Source of the DNA: Stegostoma tigrinum
Taxonomy: Eukaryota
Reading direction: 5' to 3'
Length of the DNA: 64,000 nt
Assembly: GCF_030684315.1 (NCBI RefSeq)
Contig: NC_081373.1
Span: forward strand, 40,587,989 to 40,651,988
Shown: positions 1 to 13,050 of the stretch, one piece after another
Layout: the number at the start of each line of letters is the position of its first letter
Numbering within the stretch: the first letter of the stretch is position 1
The notes under the pieces: generated by a model
The model's database searches: none
What the model was told of the DNA's origin: nothing
Seen by the model: only the letters and a program-made list of their open reading frames with translations
Program-made: the position numbers and the translations under genes

Positions 1-100
1 TGGTTTTGGGATGCAGTGGGTGGGGGGGAAGAGCTGGGCTGGTTGTGTGGTGCAGTGGGGGGAGGGGATGAACTGGGCTGGTTTAGGGATGCAGTAGGGG
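1..100 (-). repeat. 39-bp tandem repeat (about 2.5 copies visible) at the C-terminus of the PLE ORF
   Basis: The unit tggtt..ggatgcagtgggggga(g)gggatga(a/g)ctgggc recurs at about 1, 40 and 79. On the minus strand it encodes NQPSSSPPPTA-type repeats. Confidence 0.8.
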
Positions 101-1910
101 AAGGGGAGATTTTGAAACTGGTGAAGTCCACATTGATACCATATGGCTGCAGGGTTCCCAGGCGGAATATGAGTTGCTGTTCCTGCAACCTTCGGGTGGC
201 ATCATTGTGGCAGTGCAGGAGGCCCATGATGGACATGTCATCAAGAGAATGGGTGGGGGAGTGGAAATGGTTTGCGACTGGGAGGTGCAGTTGTTTGTTG
301 CGAACTGAGCGGAGGTGTTCTGCAAAGCGGTCCCCAAGCCTCCGCTTGGTTTCCCCAATGTAGAGGAAGCCGCACCGGGTACAGTGGATGCAGTATACCA
401 CATTGGCAGATGTGCAGGTGAACCTCTGCTTAATGTGGAATGTCATCTTGGGGCCTGGGATGGGGGTGAGGGAGGAGGTGTGGGGACAAGTGTAGCATTT
501 CCTGCGGTTGCAGGGGAAGGTGCCGGGTGTGGTGGGGTTGGAGGGCAGTGTGGAGCGAACAAGGGAGTCACGGAGAGAGTGGTCTCTCCGGAAAGCAGAC
601 AGGGGAGGGGATGGAAAAATGTCTTGGGTGGTGGGGTCGGATTGTAAATGGCGGAAGTGTCGGAGGATAATGCGTTGTATCCGGAGGTTGGTAGGGTGGT
701 GTGTGAGAACGAGGGGGGTCCTCTTGGGGCGGTTGTGGCGGGGGCGGGGTGTGAGGGATGTGTCGCGGGAAATGCGGGAGACGCGGTCAAGGGCGTTCTC
801 GATCACCGTGGGGGGAAAGTTGCGGTCCCTCAAGAACTTGGACATCTGGGATGTGCGGGAGTGGAATGTCTTATCGTGGGAGCAGATGCGGCGGAGGCGG
901 AGGAATTGGGAATAGGGGATGGAATTTTTGCAGGAGGGTGGGTGGGAGGAGGTGTATTCTAGGTAGCTGTGGGAGTCGGTGGGCTTGAAATGGACATCAG
1001 TTACAAGCTGGTTGCCTGAGATGGAGACTGAGAGGTCCAGGAAGGTGAGGGATGTGCTGGAGATGGCCCAGGTGAACTGAAGGTTGGGGTGGAAGGTGTT
1101 GGTGAAGTGGATGAACTGTTCGAGCTCCTCTGGGGAGCAAGAGGCGGCGCCGATACAGTCATCAATGTACCGGAGGAAGAGGTGGGGTTTGGGGCCTGTG
1201 TAGGTGCGGAAGAGGGACTGTTCCACGTAACCTACAAAGAGGCAGGCATAGCTGGGGCCCATGCGGGTGCCCATGGCCACCCTCTTAGTCTGTAGGAAGT
1301 GGGAGGAGTCAAAAGAGAAGTTGTTGAGTGTGAGGACGAGTTCAGCTAGGCGGATGAGAGTGTCGGTGGAGGGGGCCTGGTCGGGCCTGCTGGACAGGAA
1401 GAAGCGGAGGGCCTTGAGGCCATCTCCATGCGGAATGCAGGTGTACAGGGACTGGACGTCCATGGTGAATATGAGGTGTTGGGGGCCAGGGAATTGGAAG
1501 TCCTGGAGGAGGTGGAGGGCGTGGGTGGTGTCACGGACATAGGTGGGGAGTTCCTGGACCAAAGGGGAGAAAATGGAGTCCAGATAGGTGGAGATGAGTT
1601 CGGTGGGGCAGGAGCAGGCTGAGACGATGGGTCGACCAGGGCAGGCAGGTTTGTGGATTTTGGGAAGGAGATAGAAACGGGCCGTGCGGGGTTGGGGAAC
1701 AATGAGGTTGGAGGCTGTGGGTGGGAGGTCCCCTGAGGTGATGAGGTCATGAATGGTGTTGGAGATGATGGTTTGGTGCTCGGGTGTGGGGTCATGATCG
1801 AGGAGGCGGTAGGAGGTGGTGTCGGAGAGTTGGCGTCTGGCCTCGGCGATGTAGAGGTCAGTGCGCCATACTACCACTGCGCCACCCTTGTCTGCGGGTT
1901 TGATGGTGAT
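1..1910 (-). mobile_element. Penelope-like element, family A (Neptune-like): 5'-truncated RT + GIY-YIG endonuclease ORF, frame apparently open to the window edge
   Basis: The minus frame from 1910 reads ITIKPADKGGAVVVW...RFYLLPKIHK...GRPIVS...AMGTRMGPSYA...FLRYIDDC (YIDD codons start at 1169)...CNRRKCYTC...VVYCIHCTRCGFLYIGETKRRLGDRFAEH. The three motifs I checked (1910, 1169, 359) share one frame. The listed ORFs here are shadow frames. Confidence 0.95.
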
Positions 1911-2964
1911 TTGTTTTTAAAAGAAATGGACTCTTGCCAAATTGAAAAAGTCCGCAACTGAAAACAGAATAGTCCAGTTGGCTATTTTTAGAAATTATCA
2001 GCAATTAACAGATTAGAAACAAAGAAACAAAGTCAATGTCTCTAAGGTGTCACATGTCCCACTTGAAGTTCTAGTCAGGCCAAACACAAAGGAACTTCAG
2101 ATGATGGCTGGAATCCTACATGGGCCTGAACAATGTAGGCTTTGGTGAGAAATAAGGCAGAATCAAGCCAGAAGTCTGGTCAGGACTCTCTCAACGTCAG
2201 CAGCAACTTTTATGCAAGTTCTACATGTTGAGGCAAGGGTTCTCATTTGGGAGTAGTGAGTAGCCTAAAAAGGGGTACAGATTGTTGATGACCTAATTAA
2301 TTGTGCAGCTCACCTCTTCAGCACACGGTTTCCTATCCTACCACCTCTGGGAGGATCCTAGATGCCAAGAATTCTCGACATGGAAGTCAGAGCAGGAACC
2401 TGTCAGCTTCAACAGCAAACAAACTCCATGCTACTCAGCATGAAATATCACATCATGCTATAAGCACCAACTGCACACACCTCTCATTGATAAACATTGG
2501 ACATGTCATTTTCTACCCCTCAAAATCCTCATAGCACCTATCAATCCACCTGCAGGATACTCACAAAGACTTGAATTGCAGGTGGGACGTACTGACCACC
2601 AGCATTGAGAAGGCTACTACAAAAACTCTTTGCACTGAGGGGAAAGCATCCAGCTTATGGGTTGGACCAGGTTTTGTCTCAGGGCTGCTCACTTGCTCTC
2701 TTAGCACTTCCTTAGCACATATTTACATGCTCACAGTATCCATGCCTTGCTATGCTTTGCCTGTTACAGCATTGAAGCTTTAGCCAGAGACTAAAGGCTA
2801 TGAAGTACTGTCATAGTGACGTGCCCTTTTGCACAGACGCACAGACAGGATGCTTGTTGTGTTTGTCAGCAGGAGTCTGTCTGGTATATGATGCACCAAG
2901 ACTTCAAACTAACACTGACAGTATGTGCCAGCTGCCTGCACAGCAAGCTCACTGCATGTTCATT

Positions 2965-3990
2965 CAATCAAATGATTATGCCACAAACTGGAAGGGGGTA
3001 ACCCTCAGCCCAATCCAGGGATCAGTGCTGGACCCCTGTTGTTTGTGATATATATGAATGATTTGGAGGGGAACATAGGTGATCTGATTAGTAAGTTTGC
3101 AGGTGAAACAAAGATTGGAGGAGCTGCTGATACTGAGGAGGATTGCCAGAGGACACAGCAGGATACAGATAAGGTGGAATGTTAGGTGGACAAATGGCAG
3201 ATGGAATTTGATTTGGACAAATGCATGATGCTGTGTTTTGGAAGGTCCAATGCAGGATGAAAATATACAGTGAATGGGAGATACCTCAATAACATCAACA
3301 CACTGAGGTGTCTGGGTGCACATGTCCACAGTCCTCTGAAAGTGTCAACAGGTAGATAAGGTGGTCAAGAAGATAAATAGCATGTTTACCTTCATCAGTC
3401 AGGGCACAGAGTATAACAACTGACATGTCATGTAGCAGCTGTATAGAACTTTAGTTAGGCCACATTTAGAATATTGCAACCAATTCTGGTCACCACAATA
3501 CCAGGAGAACTTGGAGCCTCAGAAAGGGTACAGAAACAGCTACCTGGATGTCACCTGCTTTGAAGGATATTAGCTATGGAGTAGTGATTGGGCAAATTTG
3601 GTTTGTTTTCATGTGACTGCCAAAAGATGAGGTGGGAGGGGCAACCTGATAGAAGTTTACAAAATTGCGAGAGGCTTGGACAGAATGGATAGCCAGAGTC
3701 AATTACCAGGGGACATAGATTTAAGCTAAAATGGGGTAAGTTTAAAGGCGATGTGGAAGACATTTTTTTTTACACAGAGAACAATAAGTGCCTGGAATGC
3801 GCTGCAAGAGGTGATAGTGGAGATGGAGACAACAACAACATTTAAGAAGTATCTTGTCAGATAGATGAACAGGCAGGGACTAGAAGGGTATAGACCACAT
3901 AGAGGCAAAAGGGGGTTTAGAAACGTATCACGTCTTAGTGTAGTCTTGATAGGCTGAAGGGCCTGTTCCAGCGCTGAAGTGTTCTTTATT
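2965..3990 (+). mobile_element. CR1 LINE 3' fragment (RT C-terminus + tail), degenerate
   Basis: QGSVLDP, SKFAGETKIGG, WQMEFDLDKC and LVRPHLEYC-like segments; CR1 tail ...ggctgaagggcctgttccagcgctg. Confidence 0.9.
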
Positions 3991-4807
3991 CACTTATGGG
4001 GCGTGCCACTGAGGGTCTGAGGATCCTTGTAATATCAGGTATGGGCAGAGTCGAAAAGCTTCATCATGGTCATTCATCTGCTTGGGCATCTCATAGTCAG
4101 GAGATAAGGGCCATCACAGTCTGGGGAGTGGGTAACAGTCCCAGAAGGCCAACAGCAGCGGCAACAGTCAGGGCAATTGTGTATCATCAATCAGGGAACT
4201 GCAAATACATCAGCCAGGTGGGAGAGGGGACTCATTGCCTATTAGGGGGAGGGGGGGTTCAATGCTGGGGACAGTACTCAGTTACATGTGTTGAAGTAGG
4301 GACAAGGACAGCGATGGGGTCATGGTAGGGAGCAGGAGCAGTTAAATTGAATCGCATGGGAGGACATGATGATCCATGTGATGGGGATTATTGGCAGTGG
4401 CCACCACCATGGCTTCCACAGGACGAGCGGAAATGACTAGCGTGGATGAAATCAAGGTAAAAGTTTGGGGCCCAGGGAGGACAGTTGGAGGAAAAGTTGA
4501 ATATGGTGGGTCACTACCTGGGTCATGGCATGGCCGGTACGCTAGGCAAAAGGGGACGTGGAGACTCTGGGGTTACCTAGCAACCAGACCAAGGTTGGTG
4601 CTGATAGTGCCACCATGAGCTGTGTTCCCTGCCAGAATGCTTCAAAGGAAAGCCAAAACACACGATGTTTGATTCCGTGCTATTTTCTTCTGTGACATGC
4701 AATGGGCTCCATTGGGGGGCCAATGAAATCCTTTATCTGAGCTGACTCAACCTAAAATTCCAAATGTGACTGAAATGGTTGGGAATTGACAGCTTTACAT
4801 ATACCAT

Positions 4808-7090
4808 AATATTGACTCCAGACCCCGTGAAGTCTCATGGCTTCAGGTTAAACATGGGCAAGGAAACCTCCTGCTGGTTATCACATACCACCCTCCCTTT
4901 AGATGATGAAGCAATGCTCCTCCAGGTTGAACAACCCTTGGAGGAAGCACTGAGGATGGCAAGGACACAAAATGTACTCTGAGAGGGGGGCTTTCAATGT
5001 CCACCATGAAGAGTGGCTCAGCAGCAGTTCTACTGATCAAGCTGGTCGGGTCCTAAAGGAAGTAGTTGCTAGATTGCGGTCTGCAGCAGGTGGTGAGGGA
5101 ACCAACAGGGAAAAACATACTTGATCTCATCCTTACCAGTCTGCAAGCTGCAGATGCATCTGTCCATGACAGTATTGGTAAGATTGACCATTGCACAGTC
5201 CTTTTGGAGACAATGTCCAGCCCTCACACTGAAAATAACCTCCATCGTGTTGTATGGCACTATCGCCATGCTACATGGGACAGACTTCAAAAAGATCTAG
5301 CAACTTAAGACCGGGCATCCATGAGGCGCCATGGGCCGTCCACAGCAGCAGAATCGTACTCCAACATAATCTGTAACCTCAGGGCCCGACATATCCCTCA
5401 CCCAACCATTACCATCAAGCCAGGGGATCAATGCTGGTTTGACAGAGAGTGCTGGAGGACATGCCAGGAGCAGCACCAGGCACACCCGAAGATGAGGTAT
5501 CAACGTGGTGAAACCACCAAACAGGGTTACTTGCGTACCAACATCAAAAGCAGCAAGCAATAGACAGAGCAAAATGATCCCACAACCAACGGATCAGAAC
5601 TAAGCTCTGCAGTCCTGCTACAGCCAGTCGTGAATGATGACGGACAACTAAACAACTCACTGGAGGAGGAAGCTCCACAAATATCCCCATCCGCAATGAT
5701 GAAAGAGTCCAGCACATGAGTGCAAAAGATAAGACTTTATCCCCAGCATTACAAATACCAGTCTTCAGCCAATACAATTCATTCCATGTGATAGCAAGAA
5801 AGATTGGAGACACTGGATACTGCAAAGGCTTTGGGCCTTGACAACATTCTGGCAATTAAACTGAAGGCTTGGGCTCCAGAATTTGCCATTCCCCTGGCCA
5901 AGCTGCGTCAGTACAGTTATACACTGTCATCTACCTAACAATGTGGAAAATTGCCCAAGTATGTCCTGTGCATGAAAAGTAGGACAAACCCAAACTAGCT
6001 AATTATTGCCCCAGCAATCTCTCAATCATCGGTAAAGTGATGGAAGGTGTCTTCAACAGTGCTATCAAGCAGCACATACTCAGCAATAATTTGCTCAGTG
6101 ATGCCCAGTTTGGGTTCTGCCAGGGCCACTCAGCTCCTGACCTCATTACAACCTTAGTTAAAACATGGACAAAAAGCTGAAACCCAGAGGTGAGATAAAA
6201 GTGACAGCCCTTGACATCAAGAAATTATTTGAATGACTGTGGCATCAAGGAGCTTGAACAAAACTGAAATCAATGGGTATCGGGGGAAATTTCTCCAAAG
6301 GTAGAGATATGACTAAGACATAGGAAGATGGTCATCATTGTTGGAGGTCAGTCATCTCAGCTCCAGGACAGTTTTGCAGGAGTTCCTCATATTAGCGTCC
6401 TATGCTCAGCCATCTTCAGCTGCTTCATCAATGACCTTCCCTCCATCATCGGGTCAGAAGTGGAGATGTTCGCCAGTAACTGCACAACATTCAATACCAT
6501 TCACAACTCCTCAGATAGTGAAGCAGAATACTGTGGCAAGTAACTCACCTTCTGAGTCCTCAAAGCCTGTCCAGCATCTACAGGGCACATGTCAGGAGTG
6601 TGATGGAATACTCCCAACTTGCCTGGATGAGTGCAGCCCCAACAACACTCAAGAAGCTCGACACCATCCAGGACAAAGCAACGCGCTTGATTGGCACTGC
6701 ATCCACAAACATCCATTCCCTCCACCACTGACGCTGAGTAGCAGCAGTGTGTACTATCTACAGATGCCCTGCAGAAATTCACCGAAGCTCCTCAGACAGA
6801 ATTTTTCAAACCCAAAACCACTTCCATCTAGAAGGACAAGGGCAGCAAGTACATAGGAACACCATCACCTTCAAGTCACTCACCACCCTGACTTGGAAAT
6901 ATATCACCATTGCTTCACTGCCCCTGGGTCAAAATCCTGCAATTACCTCCCTCTGGCATTTTGGGTCAACCCACAGCAGGTGGACTGCAGTGGTTCAAGA
7001 AAGCAGCTCACCACAACCCTCTCAAGGGCAACTAGGTATGGGCAAGAATGTTGGTCAGCAAGTAACATCCACATGGCACAAAAAATGAAT
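4808..7090 (+). mobile_element. CR1-group LINE family 2 (APE+RT), 5'-truncated, with an internal deletion near 6525
   Basis: GLQQVVREPT, NILDLILT, IGKIDHCTV, QFGFCQGHSAPDL, ALDIK and SCFINDL motifs; tail ctcaagggcaactagg...gaat. Same family as 57804-61224. Confidence 0.9.
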
Positions 7091-8180
7091 AGAGTTATAA
7101 AGATGCTCAGCATGGAAACAGACCCTTCAGTTCAACTTGTCCATGCCAACCAGATATCCTAAATAAATCTAATCACATTTGCCAGCATTTGGCCCATATC
7201 CCCCTAAACCTTTCCTATTCATACACCCATGTTGCAATTGTACCAGCCTCCACTACTTCCTTCGGCAGCTTATTCCATACACGCACTACATTCTGTCTGA
7301 AAAACTTGCCCTTTATGTCCCTTTTAAATCTTTCCTGTCCCACATTAAACCTATGCCTAATAGTTTTGGACACCCCACCCTGGGGAAAAGACCTTTTCTA
7401 TTTACACTAGCACTGTCCATGTGGTCACTGCCTTTGATTCTTTTCCTCCTTTTTAAGGCCCAGTTGTTTTGTTCTTTTTTCTCCAAAGTCCCAAAACAAT
7501 GCAACAGCTTCTAAACCAGTAATTAATGTTCCTAGAATATAAGGAAATCAGCTTTGATACTGAAAATGCCTCAAAAAAGGAGCAACACCACAGCAACAAT
7601 GTTTTCTTGTCCTTCATCTTGGACTACCCAGAATCCGATGCAAAAGAAATCTTTTCTGAACCTTTCAAGTTTAACAACATTTTTCCTATAGTAACAAGAC
7701 CAGAACTGAATGTAGTATTCCAAAAGTGGTCGAACCAAAGCCCTGTGCAGCTACACCATAACCTCTCAACTCCTATGTTCAAAGCACTGACCAATAAAGT
7801 CAAGCATACCAAATGCCTTCCTCACAAATCTAACTAAGCTGCGACTCCACTTCCAATGAACTGTGAACCTGACTCCAAGATCTCATTGTTCAGCAACACT
7901 CCCCAGGGACCTTACCATTAAGTGTATAAGTCCTGCCCTGATTTGCCTTTCCAAAATGCAGCACTTCACATTTCTCTAGTTTCAACTCCATCTGCCACTC
8001 CTCAGCCCATTGGCCCATCTGATCAAGGTCCAGTTGTACTCTGAGGTAATCTTCTTCACTTTCCACTACACTTCCAACTTTGGTATCGTCTGCAAGCTCA
8101 CTACCCACACCTTCTAAATTCATATCCAAATCCTTTGTACAAATGACAAAAAAGCAGTAGACCCAGCACCAATCTTTGTT
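7091..8180 (-). mobile_element. CR1 LINE 3' fragment in two pieces (about 7091-7405 and 7660-8180)
   Basis: Minus-strand ELADDTKVGSVV...WAEEWQMELKLEKCEVLHFGK; reverse CR1 tail at 7091-7200. Confidence 0.88.
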
Positions 8181-8273
8181 CTCCCTTTTGCTATGATTTA
8201 GTTTTTGTATGTTAGTAAATAGTTACAAATTGCTTTGAAATGGTAGACATTGCTACAGAGACTTTGAGGAGGC

Positions 8274-8340
8274 ACAGATGTAAGATCTCACTCCTCAGAG
8301 ATACAGATGTTAGATCTCACTCCTCAGAGATCCAGATGTT
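8274..8340. repeat. 29-bp tandem duplication (2.3 copies)
   Basis: acagatgt(a/t)agatctcactcctcagagat twice, then ccagatgtt. Confidence 0.9.
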
Positions 8341-8666
8341 TTATCCAAAAGAACATTTGACATCATCCTAATGGGTGATGCCTCGTTATCAAGCTTTCGA
8401 GATCCAAATGTAACGATAAATAGTTTTATTTTACACCAATAACTACATTGCAAAGTCATTTATCAGTAAAATTGCTCACCAAGAAAGGTATACAATTTAT
8501 GTTGTTGTAAATTAGAGAAGTGATACTGTCATTTAAAAATTGACCCGGACAGAATATTAACTTTATTTCTGAATTCCAAAATCAGTGCAGAAATTCAACT
8601 CACAGACCTGAGCCAAGACACCTTCTAGCTTTGTTGAACTGAGAAACTAAAGTAACCTAAAAGCTT

Positions 8667-8897
8667 CAGAGATAATAGGAACTGCAGATGTTGGTGAATC
8701 TGTGATAACAAGGTGTAGAGCTCGATGAACACAGCAGGCCAAGCAGCATCAAAGGAGCAGGAAGGCTGACGTTTCGGGCTTAGACCCTTCTTCAGAAAAA
8801 TAAATTTTCCTGAAGAAGAGTCTTGGCCTGAAACGTCAGCCTTCCTTCTCTTCTGATGCTACCTGGCCTGCTGCGTTCATCCAGCTCTACACCTTGC
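8667..8897. mobile_element. Palindromic PLE family A mini-insertion (two head-to-head pLTR ends)
   Basis: The two arms are reverse complements. 14-bp TSD TAACCTAAAAGCTT at 8653-8666 and 8898-8911. Confidence 0.9.
8765..8795 (-). ncRNA. Minimal type-I hammerhead ribozyme motif; mirror copy on + at 8810-8840
   Basis: CUGAAGA-aGGGUcuaaGCCC-GAAAC-GUC^AGC: intact core boxes, stem II and palindromic ACGU stem III. Stem I is very short. Confidence 0.65.
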
Positions 8898-8919
8898 TAA
8901 CCTAAAAGCTTGAATGTTT

Positions 8920-10309
8920 GTGATCGGAGATAATGGGAACTGCAGATGTGGGAGATTCCAAGATAACAAAGTGTGAGGCCGGATGAACACAGCAGACCAA
9001 ACAGCATCTCAGGAGCACAAAGGCTGACGTTTCAGGCCTAGACCCTTCATCAGAGAGGGGGATGGGGAGAGGGCTCTGAGATAAATAGGGAGACAGGGGG
9101 AGGCGGACCGAAGATGGAGAGAAAAGAAGATAGGTGGAGAGGAGAATATGGGTGGGGAGGTAGGAAGGGGATATGTCAGTCCAGAAGGACGGACAGGTCA
9201 AGGAGATGGGATGAGGTTAGTAACTTTCCCCCCACAGTGGTTGAGAACGTCCTTGACCGTGTCTCCCGCATTTCCTACAACACATCTCTCACACCCCGCC
9301 CCTGCCTCAACCGCCCTAAGAGGATCCCCCTCGTTCTCACATACCACCCCACCAATGTCCGGATACAACGCATCATCCTCCGACACTTCCGCCATCTACA
9401 ATCCGACCCCACCACCCAAGACATTTTTCCATCCCCACCCTTGTCTGCCTTCCGGACAGACCACTTTCTCCGTGACTCCCTTGTCCGCTCCACACTCCCC
9501 TCCAACCCTACCACGCCCAGCACCTTCCCCTGCAACCACAGGAAGTGCTATACTTGCGCCCACACCTCCTCCCTCACCCCGATCCCAGGCCCCAAGGTGA
9601 CTTTCCATATTAAGCAGATGTTCACCTGCACATCTGCCAATGTGGTATACTGTATCCACTGTACCCGGTGTGGCTTCCTCTACATTGGGGAAACCAAGCG
9701 GAGGCTTGGGGACCGCTTTGCAGAACACATCCACTCGGTTCGTAATAAACAACTGCACCTCCCAGTCGCGAACCATTTTAACTCCCCCTCCCATTCCTTA
9801 GATGACATGTCCATCATGGGCCTCCTGCAGTGCCACAATGATGCCACCCAAAGGTTGCAGGAACAGCAACTCATATTCCGCTTGGGAACTCTGCAGCCCA
9901 ATGGTATCAATGTGGACTTCACAAGCTTCAAAATCTCCCCTTCCCCCACTGCATCCCAAAACCAGCCCAACCTGTCTCTGCCTCCCTAACCTGTTCTTCC
10001 TCTCACCCATCCCTTCCTCCCACCTCAAGCCAACCTCCATTTCCTACCTACTAACCTCATCCCACCTCCTTGACCTGTCCGTCCTTCCTGGACTGACCTA
10101 TCCCCTCCCTACCTCCCCACCTACACTCTCCTCTCCACCTATCTTCTTTTCTCTCCATCTTCGGTCCGCCTCCCCCTCTCTCCCTATTTATTCCAGAACC
10201 CTCTCAGCATCCCCCTCTCTGATTAAGGGTCTAGGCCCAAAACATCAGCTTTTGTGCTCCTGAGATGCTGCTTGGCCTGCTGTGTTCATCCAGCTCCACA
10301 CTTTCTTAT
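8920..10309 (+). mobile_element. PLE family A: 3' part (GIY-YIG + pLTR, about 9220-10309) preceded by an inverted pLTR (8920-9220)
   Basis: ORF 9114-9989 contains CNHRKCYTC...VVYCIHC...YIGETKRRLGDRFAEH. 11-bp TSD CTTGAATGTTT at 8909-8919 and 10310-10320. Confidence 0.93.
9023..9055 (-). ncRNA. Minimal hammerhead ribozyme motif in a PLE pLTR
   Basis: cuCUGAUGA-aGGGUCuaGGCCU-GAAAC-GUC^AG. Confidence 0.65.
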
Positions 10310-11767
10310 CTTGAATGTTTTTTTATTTTGTTTGTTACTCAATTCTCTTTCTCATTTTCTATTCTAGCTAATTGATGATCAATGAACCCTTGATACAATA
10401 TCTGTCCCTACAGATAAAGTAGGAACTTATTCTTAACCTGGTCAACACATTTGTACAAATTTTAGCATTCTCTTGTCCATTTCTGTAATAAAATGTAATT
10501 TCAGAATCAAAGAATCGTAGAATGGTACACCTCTGCAAAAGATTCAATCAGGTTCATCAGGCATGTCCTGTCTTTTTCAAATCCATGCTGGCTGTCCATC
10601 CGTGTCAAGAAGTTCAGCCAGTCAATCTGTCATGTCACAATGGGGATTTCAAGCTGTCTGGCCTCTAAATTCTGGGTTTTTGTTTTCTTCAATTGCAGAG
10701 TAACATGCTCCATCTTTGAAAATCCAAAAGCAAGATTCTTAAATCAAGGCAAATTTGGTAACTAATGGCTTGGGTGACTTCTATGTTTTCCCCTGCTTCT
10801 TTTAAAACCCAGGCACAGCAAAGATACACTGATGTCAATGTTTATGTTAATGACAAATTTTATTAGCATCAAAGACTAAACTGGTCAAAATTGAAATTCA
10901 ATGATTCAGAACTCAAAAGTTGAGCTGGACAAGTTCAAAACATTTCTTCGTCACATAAAATCTCAGTGTAAGCCAAAAGTACAAAACACTTACCATTTAC
11001 TACCCTTGAACAGACTGAACCTACAATCTCTATCCCAGAGAGGAAAAAAAGTAAAGAGGCTCAAGTAGTTTCTGGTTTAACACTATAATGATTGAAGTTT
11101 GAAATCAAAGTTCACTTTATCCTAGCTCCTTAAAACTGAGAGATCCCACACCATAACACTCACTTATGTAGTAATTTGCAATTGCATTGTGTTCCTGCAA
11201 TTAATTAGCTGTTGTTGTACCAGTGTGTACAATCAGTGCTGCTAAAACTCACTTTAAATGATGAGTCTGATAGGTCAAACTATTGATCAAATTTCCTGAC
11301 TAAACACAAAATTTAAATAGAACTTACCAGCAAGCAGTAGGAGCTGTCTGGAGAAGTGTCTGTCTGGCACCATTCAACATCCATCCAACTTTGATTTGTA
11401 CAGCAATGTCTCTTTCAAGAACACACAATCAAGTATCACACAGTGCAGTTATTTGGAGTCCTGCCCAATTTTAGTGAAGCTATGATTGGAGCACAACATG
11501 GAAAGAATTGGCTCTATTATTCCAGTTCTTAAAATCGGAAAAAAAAATCTCATATTTACCATAGTGTTGACATTTGAAGCCTCAAAAAATTTCTTCAAAA
11601 CTGGGTTTGATTCATAATCTGAGTACAAAAGTATATTGTCCTGTGGCAACCATTGGTCACCATTATGATTTTTCATCAGCTGCCAAAGAAAAGTGTGGGT
11701 TTATCTTAACCCCCTGTACGCATTCACATCACAGCAGGTGTCACCTGTTTAATTCCTTGTACCCAGT

Positions 11768-13050
11768 TATAGAGTCATACAGCATGGAAACAGACCCTTT
11801 GGTCCGACCAGTCCACACCGGCCGTAATCCCAAACTAAATTAGTCCCATTTGCCTGTGCTTGGCCCGCATCCCTTCAAACACTTCTTATTCATTTACTTA
11901 TCCAAACGTCTGTTAAATATTATAACTACACTGCATCCACCACTTCCTCTGGAAGCTCATTACATCTACGCACCACCCTCTGTGTGAAAAAGTTGCCTCT
12001 CAGGTCACCCCTTTTAAATCTTTCCCCTTTCACTTTAAACCAATGCTCTCGAGTCTTGTACTTCCCTTCCATATGGAAAAGGCACTTGCTATTCACGTAA
12101 ACTATGCTTCTTGCAAATTTAAAAACCTCAATAAGATCATCCTTTAACCTCCTACAATCCAGAAGAGAAGGGTCCCAGCCTATCCAGTATCTCCTATGAA
12201 CTCAAACCCTCTATTCCCAGCAACATCCTAGTAAATCTTTTCTGAACCCTCTCCAGCTTAATAACATCTTTCCTGGAACAAGGCAAATACAATTAGACAC
12301 AGTACACCAAAAGAGGCCTCACCAACATCCTGTACAATCGCAACATGACGTCCCAACTCCTGCAGTCAAAAGTCTGAGAAATGAAGGCACGTGTGCTGAA
12401 TGTCTTCTTAATCACCCTATCTATATGTGACACAGACTTCAGAAATTTATGTACCTGAACTCCCTGGGTCTCTGTGTTATACAACATAACCCAAGACCCC
12501 ATTTTTAACTACTTTCAAGTCTTGTCCTTGTTTACTTTACCAAAATGCAATACTTCGTATTTATCCAAATTAAGCTCCATTGGCCTCTCCTCAGCTTGTT
12601 GGCCCAGTTGATGACGATGTCTTTGTAATTTAAGATAACCTTCTTCACTTTTGACCAAATCACCAATTTTAGTATCATTCGCAAACTTACTGACCATGCC
12701 TTTTATATTCTCATCTAAATCACATAAATGACACAAAGTGGACCCAGCACCGAACTCTGTGGAACACCATTGGTAACAGGCCTCCAGTCAGAAAAACAAT
12801 CCTCCTCCACCACTCCGTCTCCTGCCTTTAAGCCAGTTTTGTACCCAGTTAGTAAACTTACCTTGCCCTGAATCTGATGTGATTTAACATTAATAATTAG
12901 TCTATCAAAGAACCCTATCAAAGACTTTACTAAAGTCCAAATAAAGAAAGTTTCCCACTCTGTCCTCAAGCTTCTTGGTTGCTTCCTCAAAAAAACTCAA
13001 TCAAGTTTGTGACACATGATTTCCCCCACACAAAATCATGTTGATTATCC
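11768..13050 (-). mobile_element. CR1 LINE 3' fragment
   Basis: WRPVTNGVPQSSVLGP, SKFANDTKIG and LVRPLLVYCV motifs; reverse CR1 tail at 11768-11880. Confidence 0.9.

Noticed and set aside
9114-9989. 291-aa ORF as a host or domesticated GIY-YIG gene
   Set aside because: It is chimeric: it starts in the inverted pLTR arm and reads into a truncated PLE bounded by a TSD.
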